DNA of 63,271 bases, filler included, from Desulfonatronovibrionaceae bacterium (GCA_046539845.1; 3 parts of 3 records of this genome joined end to end with filler, not necessarily neighbours in it), one strand, 5' to 3'; counted from the whole stretch's first letter, positions 47,925-58,438 are shown. The notes: generated by a model from the sequence alone, not told the origin. Translations and numbers: made by a program.

Positions 47925-48635
47925 TCACTTCTTACTTTCCCCGCCCCTGAAGGCGGGATTGATCCACACCCCTCTGAAATCCGGATACTGCAAGGCCCTT
48001 TTAAGATAATCCTTAAATGCGCCCAATTCCACCTCTTGCGCCCCGAAACGGATAACGTGCGCTGTTGTCTGCTGGCAGTCCAGAAAATGAAAGCCCCATT
48101 TGTGCAGGGCCCGGACCAGATGGACAAAGGCCGCCTTAGAGGCGTTGGGCCGCAGGTGAAACATAGATTCCCCGAAAAACGCCCGGCCCATGCTCACCCC
48201 GTACAGTCCGCCCACCAGTTCACCGCCCTCCCAGGTCTCCACTGAATGGGCGTACCCGGATTTGTGCAACTGCTCATAGGCCCGGATCATCTCCGGTCGT
48301 ATCCAGGTACCTTCCCCTTCCGGACGCCGCACCCTGGCACAGCCGCAGATAACCTGTTTGAAGGCGGAATCAAAGGTAATTCTAAACCTGCCGGAATTCA
48401 GAACCCGGCGCAGGCTCTTGGGGATATGCAGCTCTGGGGGAAAAAGCAGAGGGCGCGGGCTTAGGCACCACCACAGAATCGGGGTGTCCTCGCAATACCA
48501 GGGGAATATGCCCTGGGCATAAGCGGCCAACAGCCGTTTCTCGCTCAAATCCCCGCCCACGGCCAGCAAACCGTCCGGTTCGGCCATCTCCGGCGGGGGA
48601 AAAACCGGATCGGTTCCAAGATAAAAAACCGTCAT
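47925..48635 (-). CDS. aat: Leucyl/phenylalanyl-tRNA--protein transferase
   Basis: GLLAVGGDL, GIFPW, TWI, AHSVE and FFGESMF motifs. Confidence 0.96.
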   Translation of the reverse strand: MTVFYLGTDPVFPPPEMAEPDGLLAVGGDLSEKRLLAAYAQGIFPWYCEDTPILWWCLSPRPLLFPPELHIPKSLRRVLNSGRFRITFDSAFKQVICGCARVRRPEGEGTWIRPEMIRAYEQLHKSGYAHSVETWEGGELVGGLYGVSMGRAFFGESMFHLRPNASKAAFVHLVRALHKWGFHFLDCQQTTAHVIRFGAQEVELGAFKDYLKRALQYPDFRGVWINPAFRGGESKK

Positions 48636-48770
48636 TGGCTGCAGCTGTCGGGTTCAGAGGTCCGCACGGGCTGAAACCGCCTGTGCTCGGGCCGGGATCA
48701 AGGAACCAGTACCCAAAAAACTGACCGCGGCCCGAAAAAGTTCTTTGCAAACCCCCTGCAAGTGCAGCGG

Positions 48771-51023
48771 CTATTCCGGGACATGGAAATAAAAGGAGCC
48801 TTTGCGGCAGCCTATCCTTATCCTGTCACCCTTGGCAAACTCGCCGTTCAAAAGCCTGTCCGCCAGATCGTCCTTGATCTCCTCCTGCATTATTCTGGAC
48901 AAGGCCCTGGCTCCGAAACGGGGCTCATAGCCCCTTTCAGCCAGTGTGCTCCGGGCATTTTGGGTCAACTCCACGCTTATATTCCTTTCTGCGAGCTGGG
49001 TATTGAGCTCCCGGATATATTTGTCCACCACCAGCTCCATGGTCTGCAGATCCAGGGAGTTGAACGGCAGTATTCCGTCCAGGCGGTTCCTGAATTCCGG
49101 GCTAAAGAGCCGTTCCACCTCCTGTATACCCTTGGCCGCAGGATCGGAATCAGATTCAGCGCCGAAACCAATGCTTTTGGAACTCATCTCCCTGGCTCCG
49201 GCATTGGAAGTCATCAGCAGAATCACATGTCTGAAATCAGCCTCCCGGCCGTTGTTGTCAGTCAGCGTGGCATGGTCCATGACCTGGAGGAGGATATTGA
49301 ACATATCCGGATGGGCCTTTTCTATCTCGTCCAGCAAAAGTACGCTGTGGGGGTTCTTGCGGATACCCTCGGTCAAAAGCCCGCCCTGATCGTAGCCCAC
49401 ATAACCTGGAGGGGCACCGATGAGTCGGGCCACGGCATGCTTTTCCATGTATTCGCTCATATCGAAACGCAGAAAAGAGATGCCCAGGACTTCGGAAAGC
49501 TGCCAGGCCAATTCGGTCTTGCCCACACCTGTGGGGCCGATGAGCAAAAAATTGCCCACGGTTTTGCCCAGATCCCGAAGTCCGGCCCGGGAACGCTTTA
49601 TGGCCCGAGTCAAGGCGTAAACAGCCCTGTCCTGGCCAAAAACCGCCTTTTTCAGCTCCGTATCCAAAGCCAAAAGCCGGTCCCGATCCGTGGTGGAGAC
49701 CTGCCTGGAAGGGATCCGGGCCATGCGGGAGATAACCCGTTCAATATCCTTGGGTGTCACCTGTTTCTTCCCGCGCGGGGCGTCCTCCAGGACAAATACG
49801 GAACCGGCCTCGTCCAGGACGTCTATCGCCTTGTCCGGGAGACGGCGCTCCCGCAGATACCTGGAGGACAGCTCTACTGCGGACTTAACTGCAGAGGGCA
49901 TGTACCGCACTTTGTGGTACTCTTCGTAATAGGGCTGCAGCCCCTCCAGTATCTTAATGCTTTCCTTCTGAGTCGGCTCCGGAAGCTCGATCCTCTGAAA
50001 GCGACGGGAGAGGGCCCGGTCTTTCTCAAAATGATTCTTGTATTCCTCATATGTGGTCGACCCGATACAGCGGATCTCTCCGGAGGCCAGAACCGGCTTG
50101 AGGATATTGGAGGCGTCCATGGAGCCGCCACTAGTGGCTCCGGCCCCAACTATGGTGTGTATCTCGTCGATAAACAGAATTGCCCCTTCCGTGCCCTGGA
50201 GCTCATTTATGACCCCTTTGAGGCGAGACTCGAAATCGCCGCGAAACTTGGTCCCGGCCAGAAGGGCACCCATGTCCAGTCCGAATATACGCACATCCAG
50301 GAACTGATCCGGGACCCTGCCGGAGGCAATCTTAAAAGCCAAACCCTCGGCCATGGCTGTCTTCCCTACTCCGGCATCGCCCACAAAGATGGGATTATTC
50401 TTGCGGCGGCGCAAAAGCACCTGGACCACCCGCTTCATCTCCTGCTCCCGGCCTACCAGTGGGTCTATATATCCGTCCCGGGCCTTTTGGACCAAATCCA
50501 CGGTATACAGATCCAGAAAGCTCTTGTCCTTTTCCTCCCCCTGCTGTTGGCGCTTGTCCGTGTCACAGCCCGGGCAGGAGGAGCCGGGACGGTCCGTGCG
50601 CATCCCGTGTGAGATATACTCCAGAATGTCCAGCCTGCCCAGCCCCTGGCTGCGCATGTAATAAACGGCAAATGCGTCCTCCTCTTCGAACATGGCCGCC
50701 AGGAGATCCCCGGCCTGAACCATGCCCTTTCCGGCGGACTGCACCTGCATTATGGCCTTCTGCATCACCCTTTGCACCCCCATGGTCTGGATTATTTCCC
50801 GTTCCTGGTTCTGGGGGTGCACCTCCATATGCTCGATAAAAAAACGCTCCAGCTGATTCCGGAGCCTGTTCAGTTCCACGCCCATGTCGACAAGGATTTC
50901 CTTGCCCTTGTCGTCCAGGATATAGGCGTAAAGAATATGCTCCAGAGTCAAAAACTCATGGTGCCTGGTCTTTACCTCGCGGATAGCCAGGGCTATTATC
51001 CTTTCCAGTTCTCTACTAAGCAT
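48771..51023 (-). CDS. clpA: ATP-dependent Clp protease ATP-binding subunit ClpA
   Basis: Two AAA+ modules ([16 protein letters not shown]) without an M-domain; IGF loop; adjacent to clpS. Confidence 0.96.
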   Translation of the reverse strand: MLSRELERIIALAIREVKTRHHEFLTLEHILYAYILDDKGKEILVDMGVELNRLRNQLERFFIEHMEVHPQNQEREIIQTMGVQRVMQKAIMQVQSAGKGMVQAGDLLAAMFEEEDAFAVYYMRSQGLGRLDILEYISHGMRTDRPGSSCPGCDTDKRQQQGEEKDKSFLDLYTVDLVQKARDGYIDPLVGREQEMKRVVQVLLRRRKNNPIFVGDAGVGKTAMAEGLAFKIASGRVPDQFLDVRIFGLDMGALLAGTKFRGDFESRLKGVINELQGTEGAILFIDEIHTIVGAGATSGGSMDASNILKPVLASGEIRCIGSTTYEEYKNHFEKDRALSRRFQRIELPEPTQKESIKILEGLQPYYEEYHKVRYMPSAVKSAVELSSRYLRERRLPDKAIDVLDEAGSVFVLEDAPRGKKQVTPKDIERVISRMARIPSRQVSTTDRDRLLALDTELKKAVFGQDRAVYALTRAIKRSRAGLRDLGKTVGNFLLIGPTGVGKTELAWQLSEVLGISFLRFDMSEYMEKHAVARLIGAPPGYVGYDQGGLLTEGIRKNPHSVLLLDEIEKAHPDMFNILLQVMDHATLTDNNGREADFRHVILLMTSNAGAREMSSKSIGFGAESDSDPAAKGIQEVERLFSPEFRNRLDGILPFNSLDLQTMELVVDKYIRELNTQLAERNISVELTQNARSTLAERGYEPRFGARALSRIMQEEIKDDLADRLLNGEFAKGDRIRIGCRKGSFYFHVPE

Positions 51024-51024
51024 C

Positions 51025-51333
51025 TTATACCTCTTCCATTGTACACATCAATGGATATCCCTGTTTTTTGGCCATGTTGCGGACCAGATGGACCTTGGTC
51101 TCCGCGACCTCGGCCGTATATATCCCGCACACACCGACTCCTTCGTTGTGGACCTTCATCATGATCTGAGTGGCTTCAGCCTCGGTCTTGTTGAATATCT
51201 TTTTCAGGACCAGGACCACAAACTCCATGGTTGTGTAGTCGTCATTGTGCAAAAGCACTTTGTACCTTTTCGGCTCGTCCAGTTCCTCGTCCGCAACAAT
51301 CTGTGACTCGTATTGATTCCTGGTCTCAGTCAT
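51025..51333 (-). CDS. clpS: Clp adaptor ClpS
   Basis: YKVLLHNDDYTTMEFVV and AETKV motifs. Confidence 0.97.
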   Translation of the reverse strand: MTETRNQYESQIVADEELDEPKRYKVLLHNDDYTTMEFVVLVLKKIFNKTEAEATQIMMKVHNEGVGVCGIYTAEVAETKVHLVRNMAKKQGYPLMCTMEEV

Positions 51334-51369
51334 ACTATATATCCTAAATCAAGCCGGACAAAAGTCAAT

Positions 51370-51666
51370 TCAAGAACCGAGCTCCGCTATCCACTCATCC
51401 AGGATATCCCTTATCTGGGCGGCTTGCTTCGTCGAAGATATATTGAACTTGGACTGGGGCCGGAATTGTCCCCCTCTTTTCTGATAGCGGACCACCCGGA
51501 ACTTGATTGGTCCATATTCATCCGTTTCCCTGTTCAATTCCTGATAGGCATAAAGTATTGTTGTCCACGCCCCCCTAGTCAAAGGCTCCTTCTTGATCTC
51601 CCGGACCACCTGCACTCCATTGTCATCATACCAGTCAATAGTCAGATCATCTATTCGTTCGGACAT
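51370..51666 (-). CDS. Hypothetical protein upstream of clpS
   Basis: SD GGGAG; compact ORF (LTRGAWTT, RYQK...QSKFNISS). Confidence 0.8.
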   Translation of the reverse strand: MSERIDDLTIDWYDDNGVQVVREIKKEPLTRGAWTTILYAYQELNRETDEYGPIKFRVVRYQKRGGQFRPQSKFNISSTKQAAQIRDILDEWIAELGS

Positions 51667-51835
51667 TTATCCCTATTCTCCCTTTTTTGATCATATTCCG
51701 GTCTTTGTCCCGGTCATTTGACTCGAACTATACTCAGGGTGCGAACCAGGTGTCAAACCCGGGACGGCCCGCAAAAAGGGGGTATCGTTTAGGACAAAAA
51801 AAAGTTAAGGCAGGGTCCGTTACGGAGTCAAGACA

Positions 51836-52693
51836 ATGAACGCATACCTAATCCACCTCGTCAACCTAGGCGGGATTTACATAATTCTGGCCAGCAGCCT
51901 GAACATTATAGTCGGGTATGCCGGGCTCATCTCTCTGGGTCATGCCGCTTTCTTCGGCATAGGAGCCTACGCCTCGGCCCTGCTGTCCTTGAATTTCCCC
52001 GCGCTACCCTTTCCCCTGCTCATCATTTCAGGCGGGGCGACAGCCGGGATAATCGCCCTGGTCATAAGCCCTCCGGCGCTCAAACTGAAAGACGAATACC
52101 TGGCAGTGGTCACCCTGGGGCTGGGCATAATTATCGAACTCTTTTTCAGAAACTCGGACTTCACCGGCGGTCCGGACGGTATGTACGGCCTGAGCAATTT
52201 CGGACTGCCCCCGGCCGGCTTCATCGCCTATATTTGGTCCATACTTTTTCTGTGCGCTTTGCTCAACTGGGGTCTTTCCAGGGGGCAGACCGGACTCAAC
52301 CTGACCGCGGTCCGGAAAAACGAATTGACTGCCAGGACCATGGGCATTTCCCCGTTTCCGCTCAAATCGGCCTGTTTTGCCCTGTCCGCCGCTTTCGCTG
52401 GCTGCGCCGGTTCCCTTTACGCCCACTATATAACCTTCATAAGTCCGGGTGTATTCGGCCTGCACACCTCTATTCTGCTTTTGTGTATGGTGGTTTTGGG
52501 CGGAATGGGCACTGTATTCGGGCCAATTCTCGGGGCTGGGGCCCTGTTTCTTCTGCCGGAGCTGTTACAGGCTGTGGCCGATTACCAGGAGCTGGTCTAT
52601 GGACTTTTGCTGATAATAACCCTCATATTCCGCCCCCAGGGACTTCTGGGCAGGGTACGAAAAGCAAGACACAAAGATGCTCAAGCTGCGTAG
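51836..52693 (+). CDS. Branched-chain amino acid ABC permease (LivM-like)
   Basis: GYAGLISLGHAAFFGIGAY, YLAVVTL, TGGPDG and VLGGMG motifs. Confidence 0.9.
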   Translation: MNAYLIHLVNLGGIYIILASSLNIIVGYAGLISLGHAAFFGIGAYASALLSLNFPALPFPLLIISGGATAGIIALVISPPALKLKDEYLAVVTLGLGIIIELFFRNSDFTGGPDGMYGLSNFGLPPAGFIAYIWSILFLCALLNWGLSRGQTGLNLTAVRKNELTARTMGISPFPLKSACFALSAAFAGCAGSLYAHYITFISPGVFGLHTSILLLCMVVLGGMGTVFGPILGAGALFLLPELLQAVADYQELVYGLLLIITLIFRPQGLLGRVRKARHKDAQAA

Positions 52694-53408
52694 CATACAG
52701 GCCTATTACGGCCGCATCCACGTCCTAAAGGCGGTCTCCCTGCATATGCAGCCCGGAGAAATAGTCGCGGTCATCGGGGCCAACGGTGCCGGAAAGTCCA
52801 CGCTCTTGAAAACGATCTCCGGGCTGCTTTCCCCCCGCTCCGGCTCCATAATCCATCACGGGGAGGGAATCGAGGCGCTCCCCCCGGAAAGACGCATCCG
52901 GAGAGGAATAGCCATGTGCCCGGAAGGCAGAAGGCTCTTCAAAGACCTGAGCGTGGAAGACAACATCCAGCTCGGGGCATACGTGCGCAAAGACAAAAAA
53001 AAGATCCGCGAGGATGTCCGGGAGCTGCGCCGAGAATTCCCCATCCTGGACAAATTCTGGAAGCGCCCGGCCGGAAGTCTGTCCGGTGGAGAGCAACAAA
53101 TGGTCGCCCTGTGCCGGGCGCTCATGTCCGACCCCTCTCTCTTGCTTTTGGACGAACCTTCCCTTGGCCTGTCCCCGCTTCTGACCAAGGAAATCCTGGG
53201 GAGGATCAAATACCTGAACCAAGAGAAGGGAATCGGCATCCTCCTGGTCGAGCAAAACGCCCGGGCCGCTCTGGGCATGAGCCACAGGGCGTATGTCCTG
53301 GAGACCGGCCGGATCGTCTTGGAGGGGGAAGGAAACGAACTCCTTGAACACAAAGATGTTCAGCGCGCTTATCTGGGCAAGGGCTACAAAGAGGTCTGGG
53401 AGCGCTAG
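52677..53408 (+). CDS. ABC ATP-binding protein (LivF-like)
   Basis: GANGAGKST, PEGRRLF, LSGGEQQM and DEPSLGL motifs. Confidence 0.92.
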   Translation: MLKLRSIQAYYGRIHVLKAVSLHMQPGEIVAVIGANGAGKSTLLKTISGLLSPRSGSIIHHGEGIEALPPERRIRRGIAMCPEGRRLFKDLSVEDNIQLGAYVRKDKKKIREDVRELRREFPILDKFWKRPAGSLSGGEQQMVALCRALMSDPSLLLLDEPSLGLSPLLTKEILGRIKYLNQEKGIGILLVEQNARAALGMSHRAYVLETGRIVLEGEGNELLEHKDVQRAYLGKGYKEVWER

Positions 53409-53413
53409 CAGGC

Positions 53414-54163
53414 ATGCTCGAGGCATCAGAAATAAGCAAAAATTTCGGCGGGATACAAGCCCTCCTGGATGTAAGCTTCCAGCTCGGGAACGCGGAGATC
53501 CTGGGATTGATCGGCCCGAACGGGGCGGGCAAGACTACCCTTTTCAACGCCCTGTCCGGGACGCTCAATGTGAGTTCGGGCAAGATCCTCTTTCAAGGCA
53601 CGGACATCACCGCTTTGCCACCACAGGCCCGCAGTCGGCTGGGCATTATGCGTACCTTCCAAAACCTGAGTCTATATCCGGATCTCACTCTTCTGGAAAA
53701 TACAATCCTGGGGGCAAACGCCTGGTTCAGGCCCGGACTGTGCGAATTTTTCCGGCCCGGGGAAAAAGCCATGTCCGCCGTCCGAGAGGAGGCGAAAAAG
53801 AATTTGCTGGCCGTTGGACTGGACAAAGACCTGGAGGGCTACCCGGACAGTCTGTCCTACGGAAATCAAAGAAAGCTGGAAATTGCCCGGGCCCTGACCG
53901 GCAGGCCGGAGCTGCTCCTTCTGGACGAACCGGCTGCGGGCCTGAACAACCGAGAATCAGACGAATTGGCCGATCTTTTGGGCGACATCCGAAAACAACG
54001 GGGATTGTGCATAGTGGTGATCGAACACGACATGGACGTACTCATGCAGGTCTCGGACCGGGTCATGGTCCTGGTCGAGGGCATGCTCCTGACTGTTGAC
54101 TCCCCGGAAAATATCCAGAAGGATTCCCGGGTGGTGGATGCCTATCTGGGGGCGGAAATATAA
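53414..54163 (+). CDS. ABC ATP-binding protein (LivG-like)
   Basis: GPNGAGKTT, RTFQN, LSYG.QRKLEIARA and IEHDM motifs. Confidence 0.92.
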   Translation: MLEASEISKNFGGIQALLDVSFQLGNAEILGLIGPNGAGKTTLFNALSGTLNVSSGKILFQGTDITALPPQARSRLGIMRTFQNLSLYPDLTLLENTILGANAWFRPGLCEFFRPGEKAMSAVREEAKKNLLAVGLDKDLEGYPDSLSYGNQRKLEIARALTGRPELLLLDEPAAGLNNRESDELADLLGDIRKQRGLCIVVIEHDMDVLMQVSDRVMVLVEGMLLTVDSPENIQKDSRVVDAYLGAEI

Positions 54164-54185
54164 AAAGGCAAAAGGAGTCTGAAAC

Positions 54186-55892
54186 ATGGCGCAGAATATA
54201 GTAATCATCGGGGCAGTGGCCTTGGGGCCCAAGGCGGCCTGCCGATTGAAAAGACTCAAACCGGAAGCGGACGTGGTCATGATCGACCAGAACCGGTTGA
54301 TCTCCTACGGTGGGTGCGGGATCCCGTACCTCATATCCGGAGATGTAAGCGATCCCACCCAGCTGCAGACCACGAGTTTTCATATGGTCCGGGACGAAAA
54401 ATATTTCCGGGAGGCCAAGGACATAAAGGTCCGTACCCAAACCCGGGCTTTGGAGATAAACCGCAGAGACAAAAAAGTCCTCGCCCACGACCTGAAAAAC
54501 GACAAAAAATACGAACTCCCCTATGACCGCCTGGTCCTGGCCACCGGGAGCACGCCCAGATACATCGACATCCCGGGCCAAGAACTACCCGGCGCGTTCA
54601 CTGTCTCCGGCCTGGAGGAAGCGGTCCGTATCCGGGAACAGGTAACCGCCGGAAAGGTGGGCAGGGCTGTGGTCATAGGCGCCGGCTTCATCGGCCTGGA
54701 AATGGCTGAGGCCTTGGCCGATATGTGGGGGATCGAGACCACGGTGGTGGAGATTGCAGACCAGGTCCTGCCCGGATTCATAAGCCCCTCTTTGGCCCGA
54801 ATCACGCAAAAACACATGCACGAACAGGGAGTGGACTTTTTCCTCCAGGAAAAAGTCCACTCCCTGACCGGCAAAGGCAAAGTGCAAAAGGTGATCACTG
54901 AGAGACGAGAAATCGAGACCGATCTGGTGGTCATGGCCACCGGGGTCACACCCAACGGAGAGCTGGCCAGACAGGCCGGCCTGGCTGTTTCCGAACAGGG
55001 CGGGATAATTGTGGACAAGACCATGCGCACCTCGGACCGAGACATATTCGCCGGCGGGGACTGTGTGCAGGTGGAAAATCTGGTCACCGGGAGTCCGGGG
55101 TATTTCCCCATGGGCTCTCTGGCTAACAGACAAGGGCGGGTAATCGGCACTAATCTGGCGGACGGCAGCGATACCTTTCCCGGATCGGTCGGCTCATTTG
55201 TGGTCAAGACCTTTGAGCAAACGGTGGCCGGGACCGGCCTGTCTTTGAAGGCGGCCCAGGAAGCCGGCTTCCAAGCCCTGTCCGCCCAAGTCATTCAATT
55301 CGATCACTCCCATTTCTATCCGGAAAAGGACCTGGTCCTTTTGGAACTGGTTGCAGAAAAAAACACCGGCCGGGTCCTCGGCATCCAGGGAATCAGCTCC
55401 AACGGGCACAGCCTCAAGGGCCGCATAGACGCGGTGGCCGCGATTCTGCCCTACAAGCCCACTACCCGGGAAATAAGCAACCTGGAGCTGGCCTATTCCC
55501 CGCCGTTCGCCTCGGCCATGGATGTCTTAAACGCCACAGCCAATACAGCGGAAAACAAGATCGCCGGGCTGAACCAGAGCATATCCTCGGAGGAATTCAG
55601 CCGCCTCTGGGCGCGGAAAGAAAACGAAAACATCGTCTTTCTGGACTGCCGTAGTCCGGATAACGCCGCCTCATTTGTGGAAAAGTATCCCGGATTCTGG
55701 CAGAACATATCCACCGAAGAACTGCGGGAAAAGATCAGCCAGGTCCCTGAGGCACGCGAATTGATCCTGGTCTGCAACACCGGGGGAAGATCCTATGAGG
55801 CCCAGCTGATACTCGCGGATAACGGAATCACCAATACCCGCAACCTGGAAGGAGGGATTGGTGTACTCAAGAGATGGGGATTGGAGCTGTAG
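54186..55892 (+). CDS. CoA-disulfide/persulfide reductase-like flavoprotein with C-terminal rhodanese domain
   Basis: SYGGCGIPY redox Cys, GAGFIGLE, GDC, YSPPF and rhodanese LVCNTGGRSY. Confidence 0.88.
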   Translation: MAQNIVIIGAVALGPKAACRLKRLKPEADVVMIDQNRLISYGGCGIPYLISGDVSDPTQLQTTSFHMVRDEKYFREAKDIKVRTQTRALEINRRDKKVLAHDLKNDKKYELPYDRLVLATGSTPRYIDIPGQELPGAFTVSGLEEAVRIREQVTAGKVGRAVVIGAGFIGLEMAEALADMWGIETTVVEIADQVLPGFISPSLARITQKHMHEQGVDFFLQEKVHSLTGKGKVQKVITERREIETDLVVMATGVTPNGELARQAGLAVSEQGGIIVDKTMRTSDRDIFAGGDCVQVENLVTGSPGYFPMGSLANRQGRVIGTNLADGSDTFPGSVGSFVVKTFEQTVAGTGLSLKAAQEAGFQALSAQVIQFDHSHFYPEKDLVLLELVAEKNTGRVLGIQGISSNGHSLKGRIDAVAAILPYKPTTREISNLELAYSPPFASAMDVLNATANTAENKIAGLNQSISSEEFSRLWARKENENIVFLDCRSPDNAASFVEKYPGFWQNISTEELREKISQVPEARELILVCNTGGRSYEAQLILADNGITNTRNLEGGIGVLKRWGLEL

Positions 55893-55944
55893 CCGGCCTA
55901 AGCAGTCAATAGACAATCTAAAGAACCGCTTCCCGGAGGGTAAG

Positions 55945-57210
55945 ATGTCCCTGTGCCAGAATGAACATGCCGGGCTGTCCAGAGAGGAGCTGGACCAGCT
56001 CAAGCTGGAAAGGCTGCAGGCCACACTGCACCGCATAGACCGCAAGGTGGCTTTCTACCGCAAGCGATTTCGGGCCGTTGATTTCGACCCGGATAAATTC
56101 GGGGATATGGAAGATCTGAGACGCCTCCCGCTGACCACCGAGGACGATCTGTCCCAGGCCTATCCCTATGAGATGTTCGCCACTCCTTTAAAAGATGTCA
56201 TCCGCATCCATTCCACCACCGGGAAAAGCAAGGACCCCATCGTCCTCGGTCTGACCGAAGCGGACCTGACCAACTCCTCCCGGCTTTTGGCCCGGATCAT
56301 GCGCGGCATCGGGCTCACACCCGAGGATGTCTTCCAGATCACGCTCAACTACAGCCTGAGCTCAGGTGCTTTCGGATTCCACGACGCGGCCCGGGAATTG
56401 GGAGCCTCAACCATCCCGGCCTCCGTGGGGAGAACGGAAAGACAGCTGAAAATGCTCCTTGACTTCGGCACCTCCTGCTTAGTGGCCACTCCGGGTTATA
56501 GCCTTATTCTCCTGGACAAGCTGAAACAGTCCCGGGCCTCCCTGGCCCGGCTCAGGCTGAAAACCATCCTGCTCACCGGAGAGCCCTGGCCACCGGGAAT
56601 AGAGGAAAAACTCCGGGAAGGATTCCGGGCCGAGGTATTTGATTTATACGGACTGAGCGCGGTGCACGGTCCGGGCATAGCCGCCCAGTGCTCCAGGCAC
56701 GGCGGTCTGCACCTGCAGGAGGACATGTTCCACGCCGAGATAGTGGATCCGCAGAGCGGGCAAACTCTTCCCCGGGGAGAATGGGGGGAACTGGTTCTGA
56801 CCACCCTCACCCACGAGGCGGTTCCCCTGCTCAGATTCCGGACCGGGGACAGGGCCAGGTTCCTGCCGGAAGAGTGTCCCTGCGGCTCCAGTTTCCGCTG
56901 CCTGGACAAAATCCCCGGCCGGGTTGATGATGTCCTCATCTGCAAGGGGATAAACATCTCCCCGGCCAGGCTGGATCAGATCCTTAGGAGCCTTTTGGGC
57001 GCAGGGATAAAATGGCGGGCCGAAGTCCAGGGCCAAGGCCCGGATCAGGCCTTTCTCCTTTACATCGGGATCACCCCGGAACTCTTCTATGATCAGATGA
57101 AAAAACAAAGGGCGCTTGTGGACAATCTGCGCCGCTCCCTCGGACAATGGCTGGGAATCACTCCGCAAATAATGCTGGTGGAACCGGAAAGCCTGCCGGA
57201 AGAAAAATAA
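55945..57210 (+). CDS. Phenylacetate-CoA ligase (PaaK)-like protein with degenerate motifs
   Basis: LKLERLQ, YPYEMFA, ELVLTTL..EA.PLLRFRTGD and GRVDD motifs; SD GGAGGG. Confidence 0.82.
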   Translation: MSLCQNEHAGLSREELDQLKLERLQATLHRIDRKVAFYRKRFRAVDFDPDKFGDMEDLRRLPLTTEDDLSQAYPYEMFATPLKDVIRIHSTTGKSKDPIVLGLTEADLTNSSRLLARIMRGIGLTPEDVFQITLNYSLSSGAFGFHDAARELGASTIPASVGRTERQLKMLLDFGTSCLVATPGYSLILLDKLKQSRASLARLRLKTILLTGEPWPPGIEEKLREGFRAEVFDLYGLSAVHGPGIAAQCSRHGGLHLQEDMFHAEIVDPQSGQTLPRGEWGELVLTTLTHEAVPLLRFRTGDRARFLPEECPCGSSFRCLDKIPGRVDDVLICKGINISPARLDQILRSLLGAGIKWRAEVQGQGPDQAFLLYIGITPELFYDQMKKQRALVDNLRRSLGQWLGITPQIMLVEPESLPEEK

Positions 57211-57310
57211 NNNNNNNNNNNNNNNNNNNNNNNNNNNNNNNNNNNNNNNNNNNNTTAATTAATTAANNNNNNNNNNNNNNNNNNNNNNNNNNNNNNNNNN
57301 NNNNNNNNNN
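57211..57310. other. Artificial contig spacer
   Basis: N-run with TTAATTAATTAA. Confidence 0.99.
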
Positions 57311-57365
57311 ATGTTTAAAATGCAGTATGACTGCAAAGTTGATGTAACAATTTCACGGATCTAGG

Positions 57366-57740
57366 GTAGAATGTAATCCACAGAAGATTAATATCCGAAA
57401 CCATGAAAAAACCGGAGCTGGAGAAAGCTTTATTATCACTGTAAACCATTTTACATCAAAAGAGATGTGGGAACATGATGCGAGTGATCGAAATGTCTTT
57501 TTTTCTGAAAATCGCTATCAAACTGTTTATAACGCACTAATGAGTGTTGATTGCAGCGATGGAATTGAGTATGCAAAAGCTATATTAAGCGGAAAATATG
57601 GTTTTATTTGTCAATACGATAAACAATTAAATTTTGATACAATCTGGTCATCCGTGTTTGATATTTCAAATAAAAGATTATACAGAGCGGAAGGAAATCC
57701 TTCCAAGGTTAGGTACAAGGAAGATACACGTTTTTATTAA
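57366..57740 (+). pseudogene. 5'-truncated C45-family (Ntn) acyltransferase/hydrolase, cassette-like gene
   Basis: VECNP...FIITVNHF...NRYQTVYNAL...ILSGKYGFICQY...FDTIWSSVFD...AEGNP; AT-rich; in-frame TAA at 57345, so the N-terminus is missing. Confidence 0.65.
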
Positions 57741-57746
57741 TTTTTT

Positions 57747-57809
57747 TTCTAACTAGGCTTTTGCAGCGGAGCGCAAAAAGCGCGCACCCGTTGAAAAGCA
57801 GCGTCAGGT
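57747..57809 (+). mobile_element. Integron attC site with degenerate R' box
   Basis: TTCTAAC (R''), GCTTTT[G]CAGCGG pairing with CCGTTGAAAAGC (extrahelical base), GCGC-AAAAA-GCGC apical hairpin, GTCAGGT (R'); 63 bp, immediately after the stop codon. Confidence 0.75.
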
Positions 57810-57842
57810 GTAATGAGCAAATGGACAGGCTAAAAATTGCCC

Positions 57843-58132
57843 TTCAGTCCGCTTGACTCCCTCAAGAACCGAGAACTTGGACTGGATGATCAGATGGTGG
57901 TCTGGCGCACTTCGGCCGGTTCCGGGGTCAAAAGCGGACAGTAGCGGTCACCTAAAACCCAAGGACGGCAGCCAAGCAAAGATACAACTTTGACAAAAGG
58001 CTGGGCAAGCTCCAGAGCGGGCTTTTTGAAATGCGCTCCAAAGTCAGGTCCGGCAAGAGACACTGGACCAGCAAAGCCCAGGTCATGACCAGAGATGCGA
58101 TGGGGTCGGACCTGTACAACTTTCTGGATTGA
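57843..58132 (+). pseudogene. Degraded transposase fragment, IS1634-like (from recall)
   Basis: Reconstructed FSPLDSLKNRE...VWRTS / FRGQKRTVAVT*NPRTAAKQRYNFDKRLGKLQSGLFEMRSKVRSGKRHW with a frameshift and an internal TAA. Confidence 0.4.
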
Positions 58133-58404
58133 TTGACTAAAGCTGATTTGCAGGCCCCTCAAATTGTCTTAGAAAGGCATTTTCGGTGTAAAAAATCCCG
58201 ATGTAAGCAATTATGCCCAGAAAGTGAACAAAGGAAAGGGCTAAAAGCTGACAGTCAAGAAAAATTTCGGCTTCGGGTGGGCGATATCGTATTATTTATT
58301 CCATTCAGGATGAAGGACTAACTATTTGGGTCGTGAAGGTAGGACATGGAAAAGATGTTCATCGTTAAAGCGAAGCAGTCCTTTTCAGGTATGGTTGCCG
58401 ATAT

Positions 58405-58438
58405 AAAAAAAAGGGCCGGAATGTTCCGGCCTTTTTTT
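58405..58438 (-). terminator. Intrinsic (bidirectional-type) terminator of the TM2 gene
   Basis: AAAAAAAAGGGCCGGAA-TG-TTCCGGCCTTTTTT inverted repeat with A/T tracts. Confidence 0.75.
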
